Shown: piece by piece, positions 56,386 through 64,000 of the stretch
Layout: each line of letters opens with the position of its first letter
How positions within the stretch are numbered: the stretch's first letter is position 1
Program-made: the position numbers and the translations under genes
Notes under the pieces: model-generated
The model's database searches: none
What the model was told of the DNA's origin: nothing
The model's input: the letters and a program-made list of their open reading frames with translations, nothing else
Assembly (NCBI GenBank): GCA_965601925.1
Contig: OZ271854.1
Span: 3,520,001 to 3,584,000 of the forward strand
DNA: 64,000 bases
Direction: 5' to 3'
Source of the DNA: Alkalispirochaeta sp.
Lineage (GTDB): Bacteria; Spirochaetota; Spirochaetia; DSM-27196; Alkalispirochaetaceae

Positions 56386-56832
56386 ATGGCAGACATCAAC
56401 CACGTCGTACTGGTGGGACGACTCGTTCGAGACGCTCAGTTGAAATACACCAATAGCGGACTTGCGATCTGTGAGTTCTCGATAGCGATTAACAACCGCC
56501 GTAAGCAAGGCGACGAATGGGTAGATGAGCCGAATTTTTTTGACGTGACGCTATTCGGTAGACAGGGTGAGGCGATCCAACGCTATTTGACGCAGGGCAA
56601 GCAGGTCGGCGTCGACGGTCAGCTTCGGCAAGATCGCTGGCAAACCCCGGAAGGCCAGAATAGAAGCAAGGTGAGTGTCGTCGCCAACAACGTCATGCTT
56701 CTGGGCAGCCGTGAAGGAGGCTCGGGAGGAGGGCAGGCGAGGACGCAGGATACGCGTCCCGGCCGCGCAAGCGGTTCGAAGAGTGACGACGGATTCGGGG
56801 GGGACGATTTTCCCGACGGGATTCCGTTTTAG
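56386..56832 (+). CDS. ssb: Single-stranded DNA-binding protein
   Basis: NHVVLVGRLVRD, OB fold, acidic DGIPF tail. Confidence 0.97.
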   Translation: MADINHVVLVGRLVRDAQLKYTNSGLAICEFSIAINNRRKQGDEWVDEPNFFDVTLFGRQGEAIQRYLTQGKQVGVDGQLRQDRWQTPEGQNRSKVSVVANNVMLLGSREGGSGGGQARTQDTRPGRASGSKSDDGFGGDDFPDGIPF

Positions 56833-56874
56833 CTCCTACAACGACAATCACGTGAGAACACAAGGAGGATAGAG

Positions 56875-57171
56875 ATGTCCGACGAGAATAGAGGTAGAGG
56901 TTACGACGACGACAGAGGTGGGCGCGATGATCGCGACGGCGGACGCGGATTCCGTCCCCGCGGTCGCTCCCACTTTCGCAAGAAAGTCGATAAGATAAAG
57001 ACACAGAATCTTATCGTTGACTACAAACATCCCGAGATACTACGCCGCTTCCTCACCGAGAGCGGGAAGGTGTTGCCGCGTCGCATTACCGGCACTTCGG
57101 CCAAGAATCAACGCCGGCTGGTCCGGGAGATAAAAAAAGCACGGTACCTCGGCCTGTTGCCGATGGGTTGA
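56875..57171 (+). CDS. rpsR: 30S ribosomal protein S18
   Basis: [25 protein letters not shown]. Confidence 0.96.
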   Translation: MSDENRGRGYDDDRGGRDDRDGGRGFRPRGRSHFRKKVDKIKTQNLIVDYKHPEILRRFLTESGKVLPRRITGTSAKNQRRLVREIKKARYLGLLPMG

Positions 57172-57184
57172 TGCACCTACGCGC

Positions 57185-58138
57185 ATGAACGAGGCCGGAA
57201 AACTATACCGGAGGGCGGCTCCCCTATTGGTTTCGGCGATCGGGAGCGCCGTGCTGTTTTATTCCGGCATCTTTGCGTTTTTGTTTGCCGTGCCGGTGCA
57301 GGTAGCGTATACGCGCCGCGGTCCGCTCTACGGTGCCGTAAGCGCCGCTACCACCGCAGCGGTGATTATCACCGTGCATCTGGTGCAGGTGTTGCGCTTT
57401 GAGGCCGTCGGCGCCGAGATGGTTCGGGTGCTTTTTTTGGATTCGTTGATGCCCGTCGGACTTTTGGCGGGTCTAAGCGTGTTCAACGTGTACAAAGGTC
57501 GTCCGTGGTGGGCGCGCCTGCTCGCGGGGAGCGCCGTGGCGATCGTGGCCACGATTCCTTCTTTGAGAATTCTGGCGCAGGTTTCGGCAGGTGACGGACC
57601 GTTTTCCGATCAATTGGAGGCCCTGCTTGAGGTAGTCGGCTTCTCCGGCGATCCGGCGATGTGGATTTCGGCGGTGTACGACATCGTCCTCAACACGATC
57701 GGCCTCGGCATTACCGCCGCCATTGCCGCTAACTGGTGGATCGGGCGTGGCATCGTCTTTCGCGGGTACGGCATCGCCCAAAGCTTGCGGACGGCGCGCG
57801 TACCCGATTCATTGATTTGGGTCGTCATCGGCGGGCTCGCAATCGTCACCGTGACGTGGTTGGCGGGTCCCGAGTGGGCGGCACCGATAGGCTGGAACGC
57901 CGTTTTGATAGGGGCGTTTCTCTTCGGTATCCAAGGAACGGGGTTGACGCAGCACCTGTTGCGTCGCCGCGGAATGGGAGTACGGGGAGAGCGGTGGGTC
58001 CTGACGATCGCCATGGCGATGCTGTTTTTGCCGGGGCTCAACGTCGTTGCCGGAATCGGGCTCCCGCTCTTGGGTATGAGCGAATTATGGATAGACTACA
58101 AAAGGGGAGAGGAATATGAAGGTCATTCTGAACAGTGA
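57185..58138 (+). CDS. DUF2232/YybS-like membrane protein
   Basis: Polytopic membrane protein between rpsR and rplI; QG..LGMSELWIDY end. Confidence 0.75.
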   Translation: MNEAGKLYRRAAPLLVSAIGSAVLFYSGIFAFLFAVPVQVAYTRRGPLYGAVSAATTAAVIITVHLVQVLRFEAVGAEMVRVLFLDSLMPVGLLAGLSVFNVYKGRPWWARLLAGSAVAIVATIPSLRILAQVSAGDGPFSDQLEALLEVVGFSGDPAMWISAVYDIVLNTIGLGITAAIAANWWIGRGIVFRGYGIAQSLRTARVPDSLIWVVIGGLAIVTVTWLAGPEWAAPIGWNAVLIGAFLFGIQGTGLTQHLLRRRGMGVRGERWVLTIAMAMLFLPGLNVVAGIGLPLLGMSELWIDYKRGEEYEGHSEQ

Positions 58139-58766
58139 TGTCGCAAACCTCGGGGAAGAGGGAGACATCTGCACGGTCGCTCCGGGATATGCTCGGAACT
58201 ATCTGCTGCCGCAGGGGCTGGTGCTCGAGTACAATGATCACAACGCGGCGATCATCGAGTCGCGCCGCGCCGAGATCGAGGCCAAGAAAGAAGACAAGCG
58301 TCGTCAGGCGGCGTCGATAAAGGACAAGATCGAGTCGGAGCCGGTGGTGATTCGCATGACCGCCGGAGCTAACGGAAAGCTCTTCGGGTCGGTAACCAGC
58401 GCCACGATCGTGGAGCAGCTTGCGGCCAAGGGTGTCGATGTCGAGCGTAAGAAGATTGAGATTCCCGAGAATAGCCTCAAGGCGACCGGTAACTACAAGG
58501 TGCGTATTCGCCTGTACGGCGACGGCGAGGCGACCTTGATGGTCACGGTAGAAGCGGAGAACGCCAAAGAGATCGAAGAGGCGAAGAAGAACGAAGCTGA
58601 GGCCGCCCAGACGGAAACGGCCGACGATGTCGCTGCCGACGACGAGGCTCAGATCGAAGAGAGCGCCGACGAGTCCGGAGACGCGGAGGAAGAGATCCTC
58701 GACCCGGAAGTCATGGCGATGCGGGCTGCGGCTGAAGAGGAAGCTGCCGAGACCGACGAGGAGTAA
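58116..58766 (+). CDS. rplI: 50S ribosomal protein L9 with acidic tail
   Basis: MKVIL, GYARNYLLP, GKLFGSVT. Confidence 0.96.
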   Translation: MKVILNSDVANLGEEGDICTVAPGYARNYLLPQGLVLEYNDHNAAIIESRRAEIEAKKEDKRRQAASIKDKIESEPVVIRMTAGANGKLFGSVTSATIVEQLAAKGVDVERKKIEIPENSLKATGNYKVRIRLYGDGEATLMVTVEAENAKEIEEAKKNEAEAAQTETADDVAADDEAQIEESADESGDAEEEILDPEVMAMRAAAEEEAAETDEE

Positions 58767-58775
58767 TCCGCCCCG

Positions 58776-60104
58776 ATGGAAGGGCGGCTGCCCCCCCACA
58801 ACATCGAAGCCGAGGTTGCGACACTCGGCTCAATCCTACTCGATGCGCCGGCGATCGTTCGGGTGGTCGACTACGTTCGACCCGACGATTTCTATCGACG
58901 TGTCCACGGACTCATCTTCGAGGCGGTACTCAAGCTCTGGGATCGAGGTGAGAGTATCGACCTTATTACGCTCACCAACGAGTTGCAGTCGGGCGGCCAG
59001 TTGGAGAAGGTCGGCGGTGCGTCCTACATTTCGTCCCTGACCACCGCGGTGCCGACGAGCGCCAATGTCGAGTACTACGCGCAGATCGTCCAACAGACCA
59101 GCATGCGTCGCCGCCTCATCACGCTCGCCGCGGAGATTACCGAGAGTTGTTTCGACGATACGATACCCACACGACAAGTATTGGAGGATGCCGAACGGCG
59201 CATCTTCGAGCTTGCGGAGACGACCCAGGTACGCGGGTTCCAACCGGCGAAGGAGGTCGTCAAACGCACCGTCGCCGCGATCGAGAAGTTGTACCACAAT
59301 CAAGAGGACTTTACCGGTGTGCCGACGGGACTGCATGCCCTCGATAACTTGACCAGCGGGTTTCAAAATAGCGAGTTCATTATCGTCGGCGCACGACCGT
59401 CGGTCGGAAAGACGGCCCTCGCCCTCTCGATGGCGGCTAACATGGCGATCGGTCACAAGATTCCCGTCGGGTTTTTCACGTTGGAGATGAGCGATATGGC
59501 GCTCATGCAGCGACTGGTGGCCAGCGAGGCGAAAATACCGAGTCAGACGATCCGGACCGGGATGCTGCGACCCGCCGATTTTGCCAACTTGACCAACGCC
59601 GCGGGGCACATATACGAGGCGCCGTTGTGGATATCGGACACCCCCGGCATGCGCCTTTTGGACCTTCGCGCCCAGGCCAGGCGTATGGTAAGTCAGCACG
59701 CTATTCGAATCATCTTCATCGACTACATTACGTTGATCACCAACGAGAACGCCGAGCTCGCCCGGCACGAGCAGATCGCCGACATTTCGCGATCTCTCAA
59801 GGCCCTGGCGCGGGAGCTCGACATCCCCGTAGTTGCACTCTCTCAGGTGTCGCGCGATACTGAAGGAAAACGCCCCTTGCTTTCCAACATTCGAGAATCG
59901 GGGAGCATTGAGCAGGACGCCGACGTGGTGTTGTTTCTACACCGCGATCGAAACGTCGAGCGCGATACGACCGAGGCGTTGAACGTCATCGAGACCGAGT
60001 TAATCGTGGCAAAACAGCGCAACGGTCCGGTCGGAACGATAAAGATCGCCTTTGTACCGCGCTACACGAAGTTCGAGAATCTTGCAGAAGACGATGTAGG
60101 ATAG
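58776..60104 (+). CDS. dnaB: Replicative DNA helicase
   Basis: PPHNIEAE, ARPSVGKT, LEMS, IDY, RESGSIEQDAD, KQRNGP. Confidence 0.97.
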   Translation: MEGRLPPHNIEAEVATLGSILLDAPAIVRVVDYVRPDDFYRRVHGLIFEAVLKLWDRGESIDLITLTNELQSGGQLEKVGGASYISSLTTAVPTSANVEYYAQIVQQTSMRRRLITLAAEITESCFDDTIPTRQVLEDAERRIFELAETTQVRGFQPAKEVVKRTVAAIEKLYHNQEDFTGVPTGLHALDNLTSGFQNSEFIIVGARPSVGKTALALSMAANMAIGHKIPVGFFTLEMSDMALMQRLVASEAKIPSQTIRTGMLRPADFANLTNAAGHIYEAPLWISDTPGMRLLDLRAQARRMVSQHAIRIIFIDYITLITNENAELARHEQIADISRSLKALARELDIPVVALSQVSRDTEGKRPLLSNIRESGSIEQDADVVLFLHRDRNVERDTTEALNVIETELIVAKQRNGPVGTIKIAFVPRYTKFENLAEDDVG

Positions 60105-60119
60105 GGAGGCCCCACAGAA

Positions 60120-60404
60120 ATGGACGTTACGAAGATGTTTAACTTTGACGAGCTCACCAACGGCGCCGAGCAACTGGTACTCGATGAGCTCGGCCGACAG
60201 CTCGAAGAACGTGACGACGACGCGTGCATTTCCGAGGACAGCGTAATGGACATGGCGACCTACGCCCTCAATCACGTGCGACCGATGTACCGCGTCAACC
60301 TCTTGGGGCGTCTCTATGCCGATACGCTTATGGAGGAGCACGGCGACGAGGTACGCTCCGCGGTGCGCGAGGCGATCGAAAAAATCTGCTCGGACTACCG
60401 CTAG
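60120..60404 (+). CDS. ComFB family protein
   Basis: N..EQLV, DMATYALNHVRPMY motif. Confidence 0.75.
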   Translation: MDVTKMFNFDELTNGAEQLVLDELGRQLEERDDDACISEDSVMDMATYALNHVRPMYRVNLLGRLYADTLMEEHGDEVRSAVREAIEKICSDYR

Positions 60405-60414
60405 CCGCGTCGTA

Positions 60415-62604
60415 TCACGACGACGGCGCCGGCTCGCCGCTTAACGGGTCGAAGGTGCGGCTCTCGTCACTCAGATCTCCCTCGTCCGCGCTGCGGAGGC
60501 GGTCCGTCGTCGGCGAGCGCTGCCGCCCGGACTCGGGGAGCGCGCTCGACTCCGAGACGAGCCGGTAATCGCGCAGCACGGTCGCATCGCTGTTCACGCT
60601 CAAGTAACGCGGCGTGGCAATTTCGTCTGTGGAGGCGAAGAACCGGCCGTCTTCGCGCAACGCGAGCCACGCTCCGCTTTCCATTACGTACAAATCGAGG
60701 ATGCGCGTGCCCTCGCGGCGATCGATCACCGAAACCGTGCCGTCTTGGTTGAGCGTGTATAGAAACGTCCCCTGGAGAAAAATGCGACGTGGAATGTGGG
60801 CGCGATTACGAAGCAGCTCGGTGACGCGTCTTCCGTCCCACCGAAGAATCCCACCGCGATCGTCGAGGGTGGTGTAGGCGGCGCCGGTAACCGGATCGAG
60901 CACCAACTCGGCCCTCGGATACTCACCCGGCACTTCTAAGATCGTCCGACGGCGGTTGAGATTGAACCCTTCGAACACTTCTATGACGGTCGACGGAACT
61001 CCGGAGCGATTATCGCGGACGCCGATAGCGAAGAGGCGACCACGCTGCTCATCGAAGGCGAGGAAAAACACGAGGCGACTCTCGGTTTCCAATGGGACGG
61101 TCTCCTGCGTATGGGGGTTGAGGCGGAGAATCGCCGAGTCGAGCGCGTCCTGACGCGCATTGCCGACAAAGATTCCGCGTGACGTACGAATAGCCGTTTG
61201 AAGTCCGCGCCCCCGGTAGGAAAAGAGGAGATCACCCGAGGTTTGCCGACGGAGCTCTACCGTCCCTCCACGGGTGAGCGATAAAATCTCATCTTGATAT
61301 GCGTGTATCGATAAGAGGCCGCTATCGAGCGTCCAGGCCAGGGGTGTGAGTTCCGACGTGTCGATGTGATAGCTCTTGATACGCCCGTCGCGACTTTCCG
61401 GTGTCCAGAGTAGAAGATCGTCCTCGGCGACGATAAAACGACTGCGTCCCCCCGCAGCGACCGAGGTCTCGCCGAAGGAGACGTAGCTGGTCTCCTCACC
61501 GTCGCGCGTCTGGGCGTCGAAGAAATCGCTCGCGATGGAGATGACGCGGTCACTGGTAAGCATGTGGAGACGGTTTTCCACCGCGTACAGATCGCTGACG
61601 GGAGTAATTTGATTCTCTGCAAACGATAGTGGGCGAGACGCGAAGGCCGGCCAGCGGAGAATTTCACCGTTCCGCGTGCCCGCAAAGAGCGTATCGTCGG
61701 CGAAGGTCTGCGACACGACCGACGCGGAAAACTCCCGACGCGTCGCATACCGTTGTTGGATTGCATCGCCGGTAAAACGGTAGCGGCGTACCGTTCGATT
61801 GCGGTCGCCTCGAATCACGGCGATGATGTCGCCGTTCCCCGCATCGGTCTGAATCGACTCGATATCCCCGACATCCGTCTCGGCGACTTGATTGCCGCTC
61901 AAGAGGTCGATCACCACCAGCCGCCCCGCCCCCGAGCGCGCCGCGGCAAAACGGCGTGTACTGAGGAGGGTGGGTAGCGAGAGATTCCGAGGTCCTTGGA
62001 ACGAGCCGGCAATTCTGCCGTTCGTCACGGTTCGATACGCTATCTCGCCGGTCGCCGGCGCGTAGGTCATGACGCGTTCCTCGCTGTCGGCGACGACCAT
62101 CCATGACACGATACCGGTGTTTTGACGCAGAAACGGAAGCGTTCTCCCGTTGTCACCGTCGATGACCCGTACGCTTCGTAGCGACGGGATCGAGTACATG
62201 ATGTACGAGCCCTGCGGCGAAGGCACCATCCACAGTACCGCGTCCTCGGGTGTGTGGAGAAACGAGCGCGTTCCTTCGCGCCAGTCCCAGACGGTAATGC
62301 GGTGCCGCTGTCCGTCAGACGAGTATACGGCGATGCGCTGCAGGTCGGGATAGAGCGCTATTCTCTGCAAAGGTATCTGATCGATGCGGATGCTCTGTAC
62401 GAGGCGCTCCTCGCGAGTGTCCCATACCAATAATTTCCCATCCTCGCCCGCGGTAAACAAGAGGTCCTCGTCGGTTTCGTAAATCATGTCGTGGATTTGC
62501 GAAGAGTGGCTCGAACGTACGGTGATGAGCGGCAAGGCGGCGAGGCCCGACGAGACGAGTGTAAAAACAACGATACAGATCGAAAGACGAGACGGTCTCA
62601 TCAC
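60415..62604 (-). CDS. Exported WD40/beta-propeller protein
   Basis: Signal peptide, LFTAGEDGKLLVWD, repeated beta-blade pattern. Confidence 0.78.
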   Translation of the reverse strand: MMRPSRLSICIVVFTLVSSGLAALPLITVRSSHSSQIHDMIYETDEDLLFTAGEDGKLLVWDTREERLVQSIRIDQIPLQRIALYPDLQRIAVYSSDGQRHRITVWDWREGTRSFLHTPEDAVLWMVPSPQGSYIMYSIPSLRSVRVIDGDNGRTLPFLRQNTGIVSWMVVADSEERVMTYAPATGEIAYRTVTNGRIAGSFQGPRNLSLPTLLSTRRFAAARSGAGRLVVIDLLSGNQVAETDVGDIESIQTDAGNGDIIAVIRGDRNRTVRRYRFTGDAIQQRYATRREFSASVVSQTFADDTLFAGTRNGEILRWPAFASRPLSFAENQITPVSDLYAVENRLHMLTSDRVISIASDFFDAQTRDGEETSYVSFGETSVAAGGRSRFIVAEDDLLLWTPESRDGRIKSYHIDTSELTPLAWTLDSGLLSIHAYQDEILSLTRGGTVELRRQTSGDLLFSYRGRGLQTAIRTSRGIFVGNARQDALDSAILRLNPHTQETVPLETESRLVFFLAFDEQRGRLFAIGVRDNRSGVPSTVIEVFEGFNLNRRRTILEVPGEYPRAELVLDPVTGAAYTTLDDRGGILRWDGRRVTELLRNRAHIPRRIFLQGTFLYTLNQDGTVSVIDRREGTRILDLYVMESGAWLALREDGRFFASTDEIATPRYLSVNSDATVLRDYRLVSESSALPESGRQRSPTTDRLRSADEGDLSDESRTFDPLSGEPAPSS

Positions 62605-64000
62605 TTACCCCCTGGCAAAGAAGAGGATGTCGTTAAAGAATGCAAAGAACATCAACCCGATTATGATCACGCTTCCCACCACCTGCAAACGATATATGAC
62701 GCGCGGGTTGAGCGGTTTTCGACGCATCATCTCCACGACCGTGAGAAGGATTTGTCCGCCGTCCAGAACCGGTATGGGAAGAAGATTCATGAAAAAGAGC
62801 GTAACGCTGATGAAGCTCAAGAAGTTGAAAAAAGAGAGAATGCCGCGTCCGATTCCCGACGCCAATCCCGCGGTGGCGACCTCTCCCACGAGATAGGTGA
62901 TTCGCACCGGCCCCATGACCGCCTGGTTTACGTCGACGCCCGAGAAGAGGAGTCCGATGCCGCGAATCGAAAGATAGAGCGTCTGCGTCGCCTGACGGAA
63001 CCCTTCCACGGCGCCGCCTATGATGCCGTACTCCGGCGGCGCAACCTCTATCGTCTCATAGGAGATACCGAGTCGCACAACTCCGTTCTCGTCGACCTCC
63101 GGCACCACGACAAACTCTCGCATCCGTCCATCTCGGTCCGCTCGTACGGAGACTCTCCGATTGCCGGCGTTCATGACCGCGTGCTCAACCGCGATCGAGT
63201 GGGGAACGGCAATCTCATCGACCTCGGTCGTCGTAACCGAGACGGTCGCGTTCTCCCGCGACTGGGGTTCCGGCGATTCCAGTCGTACCGCCACGATTCT
63301 GTCGCCCGCTTGAATGCCCGCGATCGCCGCCGGCGTGTCTTCGCCGACGGCGGCGACGACCGGCTCTACCCACGGGTACACGCCGATAAAGCCGATACCC
63401 GTAGCCGGGTCCAACTCGGGAGTGAGCGAAATCCGACGCTCCTCGCCGTTACGCAGTACGGTGAGCATAAGCTCGCGATCCGCCGACTGGCCGATCATCG
63501 TCTGCAGGTCGCGGAAGGTCTCCACGGACTCTCCGTCGATCGCCACGACACGATCCCCCGTCTCGAGGCCGGCGCGCGTGGCCACACTTGCCGGCGCGTC
63601 GTAGTCGCTTGCCAATACGATGCGGTTGGGAAACGTTTGGATCGACTGGCCGATGATCGTCGCTACCGCAAACACGATGACGGCGAATATGAAGTTTACC
63701 GCGGGGCCGGCGATGAGAATGATGATTCGCTTCCACGGACGGGCCGCGTAAAAATCGCCCTCTTGGACGTCGATCTGCGCGCTCCGTTCCTGCCACGCGC
63801 GATTGAGGGCCTGGTCTCCCTGCATCTTGCAGTAGCCGCCGATGGGCAACCAACTGATCCGATATTCGGTGCCGCCGCGGGTAAACGACCATATTTTTCG
63901 ACCCCAACCGACGCTGAACGCTTCTACGTTCACGCCGGCCCACTTTGCCGCAACGAGATGACCTAACTCGTGGATGAAGACGACCAGTCCGAGGCCGATG
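62605..64000 (-). CDS. rseP: RIP metalloprotease RseP (5'-truncated by the window edge)
   Basis: Frame stays open to the edge and contains FIHELGH; PIGGYCKM, AGPAVN, PDZ domains, NLLPIPVLDGG. Confidence 0.95.
   Translation of the reverse strand, partial: IGLGLVVFIHELGHLVAAKWAGVNVEAFSVGWGRKIWSFTRGGTEYRISWLPIGGYCKMQGDQALNRAWQERSAQIDVQEGDFYAARPWKRIIILIAGPAVNFIFAVIVFAVATIIGQSIQTFPNRIVLASDYDAPASVATRAGLETGDRVVAIDGESVETFRDLQTMIGQSADRELMLTVLRNGEERRISLTPELDPATGIGFIGVYPWVEPVVAAVGEDTPAAIAGIQAGDRIVAVRLESPEPQSRENATVSVTTTEVDEIAVPHSIAVEHAVMNAGNRRVSVRADRDGRMREFVVVPEVDENGVVRLGISYETIEVAPPEYGIIGGAVEGFRQATQTLYLSIRGIGLLFSGVDVNQAVMGPVRITYLVGEVATAGLASGIGRGILSFFNFLSFISVTLFFMNLLPIPVLDGGQILLTVVEMMRRKPLNPRVIYRLQVVGSVIIIGLMFFAFFNDILFFARG

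Noticed and set aside
52160..63966. Long antisense ORFs (52160-52981, 58836-59768, 62491-63966)
   Set aside because: Mirror frames of the NifA-like gene, dnaB and rseP, caused by codon bias
1..64000. tRNA, rRNA, CRISPR arrays, retron or group II intron RT
   Set aside because: No cloverleaf, rRNA-like tract, repeat-spacer array or reverse transcriptase motif was recognised by eye

Overview
A GC-rich bacterial chromosomal window, most likely from a free-living spirochaete (Spirochaeta/Alkalispirochaeta-like). This is inferred from the gene order rpsF-ssb-rpsR-DUF2232-rplI-dnaB and the style of the sugar-binding protein N-terminus. From left to right it contains: a two-component-regulated sulfatase/sugar ABC/GH38-like catabolic locus (1.2-13.4 kb); an imuA-imuB-dnaE2 mutasome (13.6-18.8 kb); small regulator pairs; a persulfide dioxygenase-rhodanese/SulP/YeeE sulfur cluster (24-29 kb); a patch of cassette-like small genes (29-35 kb); IS481; a chromosomal integron (about 36.4-49.6 kb); then housekeeping genes (glnK-amtB, NifA-like activator, pyk, rpsF operon, dnaB, rseP). 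The integron has intI at 48317-49585 (+), a probable attI at 48212-48218, and a divergent minus-strand array with three related attC sites: one intact, one hit by IS1182 at its R'' core, one decayed. The best candidate for an undescribed system is a 5-kb attC-bounded cassette (38428-43466). It encodes Vsr, a MORC/GHKL ATPase fused to a histidine kinase, a receiver domain fused to a PemK/MazF-like domain, and a C5 DNA methyltransferase, with no restriction endonuclease. It may be a phosphorelay-gated defence module and is flanked by duplicated toxin-antitoxin units. No rRNA, tRNA or CRISPR array was seen. All calls come from reading motifs by eye; no database search was run.
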